Source of the DNA: Microcoleus sp.
Lineage (GTDB): Bacteria > Cyanobacteriota > Cyanobacteriia > Cyanobacteriales > Microcoleaceae
NCBI GenBank assembly: GCA_042408215.1
Contig: JAYFMW010000005.1
Location: 608,001 to 672,000 of the forward strand
Reading direction: 5' to 3'
Length of the DNA stretch: 64,000 bases
Part shown: positions 45,671 to 57,923 of the stretch, in pieces
Numbering within the stretch: the first letter of the stretch is position 1
Layout: each line of letters starts with the position of its first letter
Program-made: the position numbers and the translations under genes
The notes under the pieces: model-generated
Database searches by the model: none
What the model saw: the letters and a program-made list of their open reading frames with translations, nothing else
What the model was told of the DNA's origin: nothing

Positions 45671-48598
45671 ATGACCCAAAAACCACATCAATCTGAAAAT
45701 TTAGAAGCCGATGTAAATCGTCTACTGCGGCTGTTGGAAAAGGAACCATCTTTGAAAGGGCAGCACGATATTGCCGCAATTAAGGCTTGCCGTAATAAGG
45801 CAATTGCTCCCAGATTCGAGATTGTCTTTGCGGGGACGTACAGTGCTGGTAAGTCGATGCTGATCAATGCTTTGCTAGGGCAAGATTTGCTTTACAGCAG
45901 TACAGGTCATGCTACTGGCATCGAATGCTACATAGAGTATGCCAAGTCGTCAAAGGAAGAACGAGTTGAACTTATGTTTCTTAGCGTCTTAGAAGTGCAG
46001 GAAGAGGTCAATGACAGATATAAAACTCTGGCTCTGGAACTAAAGTCAGTTGACATTACTCCAGAGGGTGCCATTGAAAAATTAAGGTCACAATGTCAAA
46101 AAATTACTGAAAATCATAAGGGTTCTGGGAAAACTGAGAAGGAAGACGAAGCAGAGGGACTGCTGACATTACTTGATGGATTTGAGGCTAACCGCCAATA
46201 CATCGACCAATCGAAAAATAATACTTATGGGATGGAGGATTTAGGTCTTTCCAACAAGGATGCACATAATTATGCTCGTCGCGGCATAAACAGTGCTGTT
46301 CTCAAGCGCATTAAATACTACTGCCATTATCCCCTGTTAGAGGATGGTAACGTCCTAGTTGACTTGCCAGGGATCGATGCCCCAGTGTTAAGAGATGCAA
46401 AATTAACCTATCGCAAAGTTGAAGATACTAACACCTCTGCTGTCATCTGTGTGATGAAGGCCGATCAAGAAGGGGAGATAGAGACAGCAGAAAAGAAACT
46501 AATAGAAGCAATACGGGAAAACTCAGGAATTGGCGATCGCGTCTTTTACGTCTTTAACCGCATCGACAAAACTTGGCGTTACCCCAAACTGAAACAAGAA
46601 CTGGACGATCTGATTAGTGAAGATTTCAGTAATACACGAAGGGGAATTTATGAAACTAGCGCATTGCTGGGTTTCTGGGCTAGTCAACTCAAAAATATAA
46701 GTGAAAGCGATGATCGCTGGGGACTAGATACTATATTTGAAGCCGAAACCAGTAAAGGCTCAGATAAAGTTGAAGGAACCCCTTCATTTGTGTTGGAGTT
46801 CCTTGATTATTGTGATTCCGATAAACTACCCGTTGATAAATTTACTGATATTGTACGGCGTAAAACTCAAACTAAAAATGAGCAATATTTGGAGATTATT
46901 AATCGTTATAAAACCCGTATAATCGAGCAGTTAATTCAGGATAGCGGTATTCAGGAATTTAGTAATGCTATCACCCGCTATCTAACCGAAGAAAAGCGAC
47001 CAGAATTATTTGCCAACCTAGCTAATGATATTAGTGAACTGTGTAACGACTTGTATCAATCTTACTCAGAAGAGCGCCGTCAGTGGAAAAAGAAACCTGC
47101 AAATATTGCAGAAATGACAGAACGAGATTTGCTACAGATCGAAAAAGAAGTATGGGAGGTTGGCGAAGCTTTTTACCGACAAATAGAAGAACAAATTCAA
47201 CTATTGGTGAGGGATACCTGCGAAGATTTTAAGCAAGATTTCAACAATCTTCACCAGAAGATGCAAGATAATCTTACCGACTTGATAGAAAACTTTTCTA
47301 TATTAGATGCCTTCGCCAATACCTGCCGCAATCATCATCATGTCACAGCGCCATTAGTAGCCGTTTTGGGACAAGCCTTCTATGACATTGCTAATGGATT
47401 AGAAAATGTTCTGCTTAAGGAATCAGAAATTTTGATTGCTCGTTTTTTCCAACGCTTGATTAAGCGAGTACGCAAGCAACAATACTACCGTCAGCTTCGT
47501 AATTTGTTGGGTGATGATTGTGAAATAGTCCAAGAGTTACAGAATATAGAAAAAATAATTATTGAGGGGGTAAAGGTTTTGGCGAGTGCAGAATGTGTGT
47601 TTTATATCGTCGAAAGCCCCGATCTTTACGATTACGAAGATAGTGTTTGGCTCTATCAGTTTCGTGAAACTTTGCAAGAAGCATCTAAAAGTCGAGATGT
47701 CAAACGTATGGTAGAAGCAGAAGCACCTATACGTCAACTCCTAGAAATTGATTTTCAAGCTAAATTCAAACAAACAATAGAAGTTGATTTGGGTTCAAAA
47801 ATTATCAAAATGCTGAATAAATATCTGTTGTCAATGGCTGAAAATAAACGGCAATTGATTTGGCAGCAGTCCGCTCGCGCTCGCACCAACAAACGGCAAG
47901 CAATAGAAAAAGAGGCTCAAGCGAAAATCGACGAGCGTAACCGGAAGTTGAGAGAAGTTGAGGTAAAAATTGCCGACTATAACCAAGCAGTTGCAGGTAT
48001 AAATAGCTGCTTAGAGGTTATGAAATTAGACGACTACAAGCTGCCTACAATACCTGAAGATCATTCGAGTGCCACGCCAGTTTTTATTGACGTAAATTCT
48101 GTAGAGTCAAATAACATCCCACCAGAATCTACTTCCAGTTTAGGCTCAGAAAATGATTTGAGTGCGACACAAGGCTATACTGAGACAAATCTTGTAGAAT
48201 CAGATGACAGCACGAACCTTGTAGCAAGTCTCGTGCGACCTAATTACTTGGCTGCTCAATCCGAAAGTTCCAAAAAATTAGAGAGGGGACAACTTGTGGA
48301 GGGCAGAGTTACGAAAGTTACGCCAGATGTCGTAGTTCTCACTTTTGATGGTAAAGTTGGGTTGCTCCACATAAGTAATGTTAGCAGCGACTTTGTTGAA
48401 TCTCTCCCGGAGCTATTTGAGGAAGATCAGCTAATCAAGGCAATGATTGTTACACTCGATGACGGTAAGGGTCGGATTGCTCTGTCTACTAAGGTTTTGG
48501 AAAAATATAAGGGGGAGATCCTGAAAAATATGGAGGAGGTGATGACTGATGCAGAAGCTCGTACCAAGGAAGCACGTAACAAACTGCCTAAGTCATAA
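45671..48598 (+). CDS. Dynamin-like GTPase fused to a C-terminal S1 RNA-binding domain
   Basis: G1 GTYSAGKS, G2 HATG, G3 DLPG and G4 NRID; S1 motif GQLVEGRV..GLLHIS..GRIALSTK. Confidence 0.85.
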   Translation: MTQKPHQSENLEADVNRLLRLLEKEPSLKGQHDIAAIKACRNKAIAPRFEIVFAGTYSAGKSMLINALLGQDLLYSSTGHATGIECYIEYAKSSKEERVELMFLSVLEVQEEVNDRYKTLALELKSVDITPEGAIEKLRSQCQKITENHKGSGKTEKEDEAEGLLTLLDGFEANRQYIDQSKNNTYGMEDLGLSNKDAHNYARRGINSAVLKRIKYYCHYPLLEDGNVLVDLPGIDAPVLRDAKLTYRKVEDTNTSAVICVMKADQEGEIETAEKKLIEAIRENSGIGDRVFYVFNRIDKTWRYPKLKQELDDLISEDFSNTRRGIYETSALLGFWASQLKNISESDDRWGLDTIFEAETSKGSDKVEGTPSFVLEFLDYCDSDKLPVDKFTDIVRRKTQTKNEQYLEIINRYKTRIIEQLIQDSGIQEFSNAITRYLTEEKRPELFANLANDISELCNDLYQSYSEERRQWKKKPANIAEMTERDLLQIEKEVWEVGEAFYRQIEEQIQLLVRDTCEDFKQDFNNLHQKMQDNLTDLIENFSILDAFANTCRNHHHVTAPLVAVLGQAFYDIANGLENVLLKESEILIARFFQRLIKRVRKQQYYRQLRNLLGDDCEIVQELQNIEKIIIEGVKVLASAECVFYIVESPDLYDYEDSVWLYQFRETLQEASKSRDVKRMVEAEAPIRQLLEIDFQAKFKQTIEVDLGSKIIKMLNKYLLSMAENKRQLIWQQSARARTNKRQAIEKEAQAKIDERNRKLREVEVKIADYNQAVAGINSCLEVMKLDDYKLPTIPEDHSSATPVFIDVNSVESNNIPPESTSSLGSENDLSATQGYTETNLVESDDSTNLVASLVRPNYLAAQSESSKKLERGQLVEGRVTKVTPDVVVLTFDGKVGLLHISNVSSDFVESLPELFEEDQLIKAMIVTLDDGKGRIALSTKVLEKYKGEILKNMEEVMTDAEARTKEARNKLPKS

Positions 48599-48678
48599 GC
48601 ATTTATGCAGGGGTGTATTGGCAATATACCTCCACATAACGAGCCTGGAAGTGTCTGATTTTATAATCTCTACCAGAA

Positions 48679-48933
48679 ATGTCTTTGATTAGAAAAACTC
48701 CACGAATTTTAATTCCACCAAAGGTGAGGAAACTTGTTTTTGAGCGCGATGGGAATTGCTGCAAAAGCTGCGGAAAGAATGACCAAGAGATTAATCTTAC
48801 GATCGATCACATCATTCCCTTAGCTCTTGGAGGCTCAAATGACATCAGCAATCTGCAAACGCTTTGCTTCGATTGCAATAGACGAAAAAAAGACCGTATT
48901 GACCCCCGGTTTAAGCGTAGATTCAGCAAATGA
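48679..48933 (+). CDS. HNH endonuclease
   Basis: VFERDG..CKSCG..IDHIIP..GGSN..NLQTLC..CN. Confidence 0.92.
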   Translation: MSLIRKTPRILIPPKVRKLVFERDGNCCKSCGKNDQEINLTIDHIIPLALGGSNDISNLQTLCFDCNRRKKDRIDPRFKRRFSK

Positions 48934-48945
48934 AAAGGAAAAAGT

Positions 48946-49641
48946 ATGCCTGAAACAACTCCTAATTATTCGCCTGCTATTTTGGGTACAAGCATAGCTG
49001 TTTTATGGTTTATTCATACAGGATTATCCAGTAGCAAACAATATAATAATTATTTATCAAAATTGAGCGATTTTTTTAATAAAAAACCGATAATATTACC
49101 TTCATTAATAGTGTTAATATCTCCGTTTATATTGACTCGTCTTGCCCTGCCTGAGTATGAACTAACCGGAGCGTTTAAACAATTTTTATCAATATTTACT
49201 TTTGTTCTAGGTGTAGTGATTGCCAGGGGAAAAGAAAAATCCGACTCAAGAAAAAGAGATAAGATTTTAGCAAACTCTCTGTTGGTAGAATCCTTTGAGA
49301 ACCTTGAGAGATTGAACAGAAATAAAACAAAAATTCAAGAGAAATTCGCTTCTCCCTTATCAGTATTAAATCTCATCAAACTAGAATCTCTAGTTAATCT
49401 TATTGCTGAAACGCAAGAAGTTAATTCAATTAAATTGGTAAAACTACATTTTAATATAAAACGTTATATTAAGCCTCTGAAACGTCTCAACTCTAAAATT
49501 AGAAAATACAACGATCGACTCAACGATCGACTCTCTAAAAAAATTGCTAACTCTCCAGAAGACTCCCAACAATTACTACTTCAGATTTCGGAAATCAGAA
49601 AAAAAATATTGAAAATCATAAAGGTTTTAAGTAGCTTTTAG
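48946..49641 (+). CDS. Hypothetical membrane protein (AT-rich)
   Basis: 231 aa; 2-3 N-terminal hydrophobic segments; 12 bp after the HNH gene. Confidence 0.6.
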   Translation: MPETTPNYSPAILGTSIAVLWFIHTGLSSSKQYNNYLSKLSDFFNKKPIILPSLIVLISPFILTRLALPEYELTGAFKQFLSIFTFVLGVVIARGKEKSDSRKRDKILANSLLVESFENLERLNRNKTKIQEKFASPLSVLNLIKLESLVNLIAETQEVNSIKLVKLHFNIKRYIKPLKRLNSKIRKYNDRLNDRLSKKIANSPEDSQQLLLQISEIRKKILKIIKVLSSF

Positions 49642-49976
49642 ACTAATTAGCGACGACAGCAAGGGAAAAAAAGCAGAAATTCGCGCAAAATATAACACGA
49701 TTCGCATAGCACAAAAATTGCGCGAAATGGGTGTTAATCCTGATGAAGTGTGAGGTTTTTTTCGGTTGTTAAATTGAGGGCGATTCCCTACCATTAGGCA
49801 ACGCTTCGCGCGTTCGGGATAGATCAGCTTCACGCACTTTTTTTACAGCAGAAATATCAGAAATCTGGAAAGTGCGATCGCACTTCCCATCTCCCCATCT
49901 CCTCACCCCATCCCCTTATTAAGATTTCCTTAATTGCTTTGATCGGATACAGAAATCAGTGCTACTATTAAAAGCT

Positions 49977-50055
49977 TAGCTAGGGGTGCCCGAAAATCCG
50001 GGCTGAGAAACACCCTTAGAACCTGAGTCTGGGTAATACCAGCGGAGGGAAGCTG
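49977..50055 (+). promoter_or_regulatory. TPP riboswitch
   Basis: AGGGGTGC...GGCTGAGA..ACCCTTAGAACCTGA..TGGGTAATACCAGCGGAGGGAAG directly upstream of thiC. Confidence 0.95.
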
Positions 50056-50071
50056 TTTATCAAGGACATAA

Positions 50072-51449
<1,378 letters not shown>

Positions 51450-51579
51450 TTGGATTAATTCGTAGGGTGGGCATTGCCCACCTTACTTAATGGTAAAGCT
51501 GTTGCTTGTGGGGTGCGTTCCCAGGCTCTGCCTAGGAACGAGAAAGTTCTGACAATTGTGGGAGGAGGTTAGCAACAAA

Positions 51580-52095
51580 TTAGCTAATCAATTCTTGTGA
51601 TTTAGCCATTGCCTCATTCAGCACTACCACAGAAGTAGCGGATAAATTCCAAGTTTTGATCGTAGGTTTGAGTGCTTTTTTGAGCGCATCCTGTAGCGGT
51701 GGTAGCCACGCCTCTTGATGTCCCTTAATCACCAGTATTAAGCGAAAACTGGCTTTTTTCAGATCCAGGGTTTGAAAGGAGTTAGGCAATTCTTCATAGG
51801 TAGAATGACGCTGTAGGCAAGTTGCCACAGTCAACGTGAGCGCGTTGGTCAATTTCTCTTGAATTTCTAGGATAAAATCATCGAATTTATGCTTGTTTTC
51901 ATGACGTGGGGAACTCTGCTTTGCCTCCACAATCCATACTATAGACTCATCTTGGGAATGAAGCAGTAAGAACTCCGCTATCTTCACGCCCTCCTGAATT
52001 TTTCGGTGAGTTTCGCTCTTCTCAATGTAGAAACAATGTCCTTCTGGGTAAGGGCCAAATTTCATCCCAGACTCAATAATTGGCTCACTCGTCAT
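51580..52095 (-). CDS. Hypothetical protein, possible PD-(D/E)XK nuclease, coupled to the upstream ATPase
   Basis: AEFLLL...WIVEAKQS motif; 4-nt overlap with the ATPase gene. Confidence 0.6.
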   Translation of the reverse strand: MTSEPIIESGMKFGPYPEGHCFYIEKSETHRKIQEGVKIAEFLLLHSQDESIVWIVEAKQSSPRHENKHKFDDFILEIQEKLTNALTLTVATCLQRHSTYEELPNSFQTLDLKKASFRLILVIKGHQEAWLPPLQDALKKALKPTIKTWNLSATSVVVLNEAMAKSQELIS

Positions 52096-53108
52096 TGCAA
52101 TGCCAGCTCCACCTCTTCTTTATAAAGCTGGATTGATTCGTCTATAATTGGGTTATCTGGCAACCCTTCCCGGAGATTTGCGATATCCCAACTATCATCT
52201 TTCACAGAAATTATAGGAATTAAAAGTTTATCATTTTTCTGTGCTATAAGAAACAGTTTTTTGATGACAAAATAGGAGTGACTTGCCATGAAAAACTGGA
52301 TTCCACACTCAGCTAACATGGCGATAATATCGAGAAACTTTGAAATTGCGGCTGGATGTAGTGCTGATTCTGGCTCATCGATGAAGATTACCGAATTCTG
52401 GTCAAGATAACGGTTTCCTAATAAAGTGTCAAGAATGGAAATCTTCTTAATACCTTCTGCTGTTACGCCAATCGGGAACTTTTGATTCCCCTTCTTGAAC
52501 AGCCAACGCCCCAACTTTTCATCATACTCAACTTTTCCTTCTAGAATATCGCTGAGGTTCTTTCTGGACATAGCAAACTGCTGGTAATTTCTGCCACCTG
52601 TAGGAAGTTGGCGCAGTGCTCGTGCTAAATCGAGATAGGTATCATCGAAGCCGAAGGTCTTGCTCAGTTCGCGGGATTGTAGAATGATATGATGCAGGGA
52701 GAGAACTTCTTTTGTAGGTAAAAAAATCGAGTTACTACTTCGAGGCGGAACATGATTTTCTAAAGTCTGGATACTTTTGGTGGTGTCTTTACCAAATCTA
52801 TAATAAAACTCTTGACCATCAAATATAAGCTTGAAAGATAGTGGTTCATCTGCTCCTTTGCTCACGAGGTCGCCGATTTTCTCTATCTCAAAAGTCCAAT
52901 AAAGTTTATCTGCGAGTATTTCGGAAGCATTGCGTGGTTCGTTGCCCCGTTTATACTCTTCTAGGGTTCGCATAGCACTGTAAAGCGCTTTGAGCAGAAT
53001 GGTTTTACCTGTTCCATTACCGCCGATAATCAAATTAATATTACCTAATTTCTCGCACTTGAACTGATGGATAGGTCCAAAGTTCTTGAGTTCAAGGCTA
53101 TTTATCAT
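52092..53108 (-). CDS. ABC-type AAA ATPase (AAA_21/AbiEii-like)
   Basis: LELKNFGPI, GGNGTGKT, AEGIKK, FIDEPESALHP and SHS motifs. Confidence 0.85.
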   Translation of the reverse strand: MINSLELKNFGPIHQFKCEKLGNINLIIGGNGTGKTILLKALYSAMRTLEEYKRGNEPRNASEILADKLYWTFEIEKIGDLVSKGADEPLSFKLIFDGQEFYYRFGKDTTKSIQTLENHVPPRSSNSIFLPTKEVLSLHHIILQSRELSKTFGFDDTYLDLARALRQLPTGGRNYQQFAMSRKNLSDILEGKVEYDEKLGRWLFKKGNQKFPIGVTAEGIKKISILDTLLGNRYLDQNSVIFIDEPESALHPAAISKFLDIIAMLAECGIQFFMASHSYFVIKKLFLIAQKNDKLLIPIISVKDDSWDIANLREGLPDNPIIDESIQLYKEEVELALQ

Positions 53109-53350
53109 TGGTTATTTCTCACAAAACTTGTCTGAAAAACATGACATCCCCGACTTCTTAAAGAAATCCGGGATATCAGTATATTGAGATAGAAAATCAA
53201 GAGGCAGAGCAAGAAAGAAATGCCTTCCTAGGCTCGGCCTAGGAACGAGTAAATGAATTTTCTTGTCCCCCCCTTATTAAGGGGGGTTAGGGGGGATCTA
53301 GAATTCGAGACCCACAAAAAAGACTTAAACAACGCCGCCAAATATCACAA

Positions 53351-53641
53351 TTAAACTGCGACAGGTTCAGCCACAGGCGCTGCTACAACCACAGGATAAA
53401 TGCTGACTTTCTTGCGAGTTTTGCCCTTTCTTTCAAAAGTCACCACACCATCAATCATGGCAAACAGAGTATCATCTCTGCCGATACCAACATTATTACC
53501 AGGGTGAACTTTCGTGCCGCGTTGACGAATCAAAATGTTGCCAGCTTTGACAACTTGACCGCCGTACTTTTTGACGCCCAGACGCTGGGAATTAGAGTCG
53601 CGTCCGTTACGTGTACTGCCAGTACCTTTCTTATGGGCCAT
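53351..53641 (-). CDS. rpmA: 50S ribosomal protein L27
   Basis: [16 protein letters not shown]. Confidence 0.99.
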   Translation of the reverse strand: MAHKKGTGSTRNGRDSNSQRLGVKKYGGQVVKAGNILIRQRGTKVHPGNNVGIGRDDTLFAMIDGVVTFERKGKTRKKVSIYPVVVAAPVAEPVAV

Positions 53642-53668
53642 GATTTCCTCAACTTTAATTACTATTTT

Positions 53669-54061
53669 TTATTCTGAATCACTTTCGGCGGTTTGGGGAG
53701 TTTCCACAACAGCTTGAGTTAAGTCTCTCGCGGCCAAAACAACACCATTGACGCTGATGGAGTCAATCATAAAGCGAGTTGTTTCTTGACGGTGGCCTTT
53801 TTTCTTCCGAGTTTTCTTTTTCGGCTTCATCTTGTAGACGAGGACTTTGCGGCCCCGGAAATGCCGCAGAACAGTTCCTTCTACTGTGGCATTTTCTACT
53901 AGAGGTTGGCCGATGTGAACGTCGTTTTCGTGCTGGATCAGAAATACTTTGTCGATGGTGACTTTTGATTCGGCTTCGACGTGAAGCAGTTCGATGTCGT
54001 AGAAGCGGCCTGGTTCTACCCGAAATTGTTTGCCGCCAGTTTCAATGATTGCGTAAGTCAT
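53669..54061 (-). CDS. rplU: 50S ribosomal protein L21
   Basis: MTYAIIETGGKQ...GHRQ. Confidence 0.99.
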   Translation of the reverse strand: MTYAIIETGGKQFRVEPGRFYDIELLHVEAESKVTIDKVFLIQHENDVHIGQPLVENATVEGTVLRHFRGRKVLVYKMKPKKKTRKKKGHRQETTRFMIDSISVNGVVLAARDLTQAVVETPQTAESDSE

Positions 54062-54078
54062 GGGATGGTTGTTGAGAT

Positions 54079-54181
54079 TGCCGTACAGGTAGCTGGTTAG
54101 TCATCGGTCATTGGTCGTTGTGGACTTTTGACTGTGGACTGCTCTCCAGCTTTTGGAATGTCTTAACCTGATCCGAGCCGG
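54079..54181 (-). promoter_or_regulatory. Putative structured rplU leader
   Basis: Complementary pairs caggt/acctg and agctgg/ccagct in the 5' UTR. Confidence 0.4.
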
Positions 54182-54451
54182 ATTTAGACAGACAATCTAC
54201 TATTATGGGCGATCGGTGTATTTTTGTCAAGCTAAAGCGCGATCGATATTTTCTGATTGTTAGTTTGAGAACCGATCAAAACCCAAGAAACCGGGTTTTT
54301 GCCCTTGAAGTGGCCTGTAACGAAGTATCTCGGAAAAAACCCGGTTTCTGACCACCCGTGCGTAAGTCTTATATTATTTTATTTCAGGAATACTTAGAAA
54401 ATTGAATGTAGAATTTCTTAGATGATCTCTTCTGACACAAGGCAGGTAAAA

Positions 54452-57394
54452 ATGGCAAATCGCATCTGGAAAGTCTTAACTACTGATATTAAAGAATTGT
54501 TTTCCGTCGAAGCAGCCGAGGGAATCGGAGAAGCTGGCAAAACAGCAGCTGAATTGGCAAAAATGCTCAAAGAACAAGGGCTGGACAATAGCAACTTGCT
54601 GCTAGAAGTTTTGAACTCTCCCTTAGCTCAAGTTGTGGGAACTGGATTGCCATTTGTCGGGATTGCGGCAAAAATGCTGGCATTTTTCATCGAAAAAAAT
54701 CAACAGCAGCCGACTTTAGCTGAGTGCATTTTCCTCGTCAGTCAGGCGGCTTATCTGGAAAGTTTTAAGGAGTTTATTGGACAAGACGAGAATTTGTTAA
54801 ATCGCATCGGGCAAACTCCAGTTTCCGATAAAGTTAAGGAGTTGCTTAAAAAATTAGCAGATTTAGAATTTAACGATAAAGCAGCCAAAGAAACTGTTAT
54901 TTGCTTCCGCGATTCGATCTTAGCCAAGGAATTTAATCAAGTGCTGTCAGAGCGACTGCAACAAGCCGGACTCAATGCCGATGAATCTCAAATTTTGACA
55001 AAGAGAGTTGCTGCTAATACTCACCGCTATTTAATCGAAGCTTGGGCAGTTTCTGGCGATGCAATGAAAGAGCTCGGACAGCCTTCTTTCAGCGAATGGC
55101 GGGAGGATCAGCAGAAATATCAAAGCATTGACAAATACCTGCAAAAACAGATTGCCTCTCTACCGCTAGAATCCGTATTTGCAGAAAATTTCTCATTCAA
55201 GGATATCTACGTGCCTCTGAAGGCAAAGCCAATTGATCAAAATGGCAATCTTGTTAAAAATACAGAAGCTTTCGATTTAGAAACTTGGGCAAAAGACTTG
55301 CTTGAGGATGAGAAAAAACAAGATCTGGTGATGTTCATCGAAGCTGGACCCGGACGCGGTAAAAGCGTTTTTTGTCGGATGTTTGCTGACTGGGTGCGAC
55401 AACATTTGCATCCAGTTTGGACACCCGTGTTAATTCGATTGCGAGATATTCCCACATTGCAAAAGAGTTTTCGAGAAACGCTGAAAGAAGCAGTAAATGC
55501 GGGTTTTGCTAGTGATAATGGCTGGTTAATGGATCGAAACACACGATATTTGTTTCTCTTAGATGGCTTTGACGAGTTGCTGATGGAGGGGAGAAGCAGC
55601 GGCGGTTTAGAACAATTCTTAAAGCAAGTAGGACAATTTCAGCGGGATTGTCAGCAGAGTTCGGAAATGAGACACCGGGTTTTGATTACTGGCAGAACTT
55701 TAGCTTTGCAAGGGATTGAAAGGCAAATGCCAGATAACTTGGAGCGAGTCGAAATTCAGGTGATGGATGACGAACTACAGCAACAGTGGTTGAGCAAGTG
55801 GTCAGCCAAATTTGGAGCGGAAAAAACCTCAGCTTTTCATAATTTTTTGCAAGATGAACGCTGTCCACAACAGGTAAAATCAGACTTGGCGCGAGAACCG
55901 CTATTGCTTTATTTGTTAGCAGCGATGCACCGAGATGGAAGGTTGAAAGTTGAAGATTTTCAAGGAACTAATAGCACTCAATCAAAATTTTTGATTTACA
56001 ACCAAGCTGTGAATTGGGTACTCACAAAACAGCGGTCTAAATTGCTCAATCGCGATTTGACAGAATTTGAAACAGAGGATTTGCGACACATCCTGACAGA
56101 AGCAGGGTTATGCGTGGTGCAGTCGGGAGGAGAATGTGCTTCTGTAGCGATGATTGAGGAGCGATTGAAATCAAACAACTCGGTTAAAGAATTATTTGAG
56201 GAAGCACAAAAAAAGATTGGCGATAATCCTCTGAGAAATGCTTTGGCTGTTTTTTATCTTCAGCAAGGCAGTAAAGAAGGTTCTGTGGAGTTTGTACACA
56301 AGAGTTTTGGTGAATTTCTGTGTGCGGAACGATTGAAAGAAAGTCTGGAAGAGTGGACGGAATTGGGAAAGAAAGGTAGAGGATTTAATACTCAAGAATC
56401 TCAGATGGACTGGGAAATTTATGATTTGTTGGGTTATGGGGGGCTGACGGCAGAAATTGTGGAATATTTGATGGGGTTATTAACAACTCCGGCTGTTGCA
56501 GGAGAAGAAAGTCTGTTTCGCCCTGTGGAGTTATTCCAGCGTTTGGAAAATTTTTATTGGCGGTGGTGCGAGGGGGAATTTATTGATATGCTGCCGGAAA
56601 GTTTGCCTCAGAAGAAGATGCGCTTACTGCGAGATCAATTGAAAACTCAAGTGAAAACCCAAGATTTGGGACTGCGACAAATAGATATTTATGCTGGTTT
56701 GAATGTGATGATTTTGCTGTTGGAGTTGCACCGTTATGGTCAAGAGAGAGATGAATTGAAAGACAAAATGGTGTTTTATCCCTGTGGGAAACCTAATGCT
56801 GAAGGTGAACTTGACGATGCAGGTCAGTTGTTGCGTCTCATCGGTTATAGCTGTTGTGTTGGGGATTTTGGCTTTCTCCAAATAGTTGGGAGATTCCTCA
56901 GTGGCGCAAACCTCAGTGGCGCCAACCTCAGAGGCGCAAACCTCAACGGCGCAAACCTCAGCCGCGCAAACCTCAGCGACGCATACCTCGGCGGCGCATA
57001 CCTCAACGGCGCATACCTCAGCGGCGCATACCTCAGCGGCGCATACCTCAGTGGCGCCAACCTCAGTGGCGCAAACCTCAGCCGCGCATACCTCGGCCGC
57101 GCAAACCTCAGCCACGCATACCTCAGAGGCGCATATCTCAGAGGCGCAAACCTCAGCGACGCAAACCTCAGCGACGCAAACCTCAGCGACGCAAACCTCA
57201 GCGACGCAAACCTCAGCGACGCAAACCTCAGCGACGCAAACCTCAGCGACGCAAACCTCTGCCGCGCAAACCTCGGCGGCGCAAACCTCGGCGATGTCAA
57301 ATGGGATAAAAATACAAAGTGGGAAAATGTTCGAGGTTTGGATGCAGCCGTTAATGTTCCAGAAGCGTTAAAGCAACAGCTAGGAATGAAGTAG
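54452..57394 (+). CDS. NACHT-type NTPase with C-terminal pentapeptide repeats
   Basis: [24 protein letters not shown] and [10 protein letters not shown] motifs; A(N/Y)LS(G/D) repeats at ~56900-57290. Confidence 0.9.
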   Translation: MANRIWKVLTTDIKELFSVEAAEGIGEAGKTAAELAKMLKEQGLDNSNLLLEVLNSPLAQVVGTGLPFVGIAAKMLAFFIEKNQQQPTLAECIFLVSQAAYLESFKEFIGQDENLLNRIGQTPVSDKVKELLKKLADLEFNDKAAKETVICFRDSILAKEFNQVLSERLQQAGLNADESQILTKRVAANTHRYLIEAWAVSGDAMKELGQPSFSEWREDQQKYQSIDKYLQKQIASLPLESVFAENFSFKDIYVPLKAKPIDQNGNLVKNTEAFDLETWAKDLLEDEKKQDLVMFIEAGPGRGKSVFCRMFADWVRQHLHPVWTPVLIRLRDIPTLQKSFRETLKEAVNAGFASDNGWLMDRNTRYLFLLDGFDELLMEGRSSGGLEQFLKQVGQFQRDCQQSSEMRHRVLITGRTLALQGIERQMPDNLERVEIQVMDDELQQQWLSKWSAKFGAEKTSAFHNFLQDERCPQQVKSDLAREPLLLYLLAAMHRDGRLKVEDFQGTNSTQSKFLIYNQAVNWVLTKQRSKLLNRDLTEFETEDLRHILTEAGLCVVQSGGECASVAMIEERLKSNNSVKELFEEAQKKIGDNPLRNALAVFYLQQGSKEGSVEFVHKSFGEFLCAERLKESLEEWTELGKKGRGFNTQESQMDWEIYDLLGYGGLTAEIVEYLMGLLTTPAVAGEESLFRPVELFQRLENFYWRWCEGEFIDMLPESLPQKKMRLLRDQLKTQVKTQDLGLRQIDIYAGLNVMILLLELHRYGQERDELKDKMVFYPCGKPNAEGELDDAGQLLRLIGYSCCVGDFGFLQIVGRFLSGANLSGANLRGANLNGANLSRANLSDAYLGGAYLNGAYLSGAYLSGAYLSGANLSGANLSRAYLGRANLSHAYLRGAYLRGANLSDANLSDANLSDANLSDANLSDANLSDANLSDANLCRANLGGANLGDVKWDKNTKWENVRGLDAAVNVPEALKQQLGMK

Positions 57395-57519
57395 AAACAT
57401 TTTTCAAGGCTTTGCGGATCATTTTTATGAACAGGCTTTCCGGCCTGTTCCACAAAGAGTGGATTTGATTGTGGGTTCCACAAAGAGTGAATTTGATTGT
57501 GGGGTGGGCATCTTGCCCG

Positions 57520-57722
57520 CCCCTGAAAGGCGTGCGATCGCCACAATTCCCTAGCTTGCTGTTTTACTCTACCTTCCATCACCTCTTTTTGCAAAGTAAT
57601 AAAAGCATCAAAATCTTCTAAACCGTACTTAGTCATCTACAACTGCTGTCGCAACTGTTCTTCTGCGTCAACTGTCAAATAACCAGTAGCCAAAGCCGGA
57701 CATTTTTGCTGATTAAACTCAT
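57520..57722 (-). pseudogene. Small cyanobacterial-type protein with an internal TAG
   Basis: MSLISKNVRLLATGYLTVDAEEQLRQQL*MTKYGLEDFDAFITLQKEVMEGRVKQQARE; 3' end approximate. Confidence 0.55.
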
Positions 57723-57923
57723 GGTAAAATCACCCTGACTAGGCGCCAATTTAAATATTTGACTTGGATACCCAGACCAACTCCGCTGTTAATTTAGTTC
57801 ACAATTTTCTGGACTGAGTAAACATCTACCTTAAGACTTAAATGTAGCCAATTATGAGTCAGCAAAATGTAGCAAGCATAACTAGAGACGTAAAAAGAGA
57901 CGTAAAAAGATTGACCAGATTAT

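Noticed and set aside
56624..57636. Alternative-frame ORFs (AEVC, RFAPL, RRKPQ, AQTS repeats)
   Set aside because: Shadows of the pentapeptide repeat coding region
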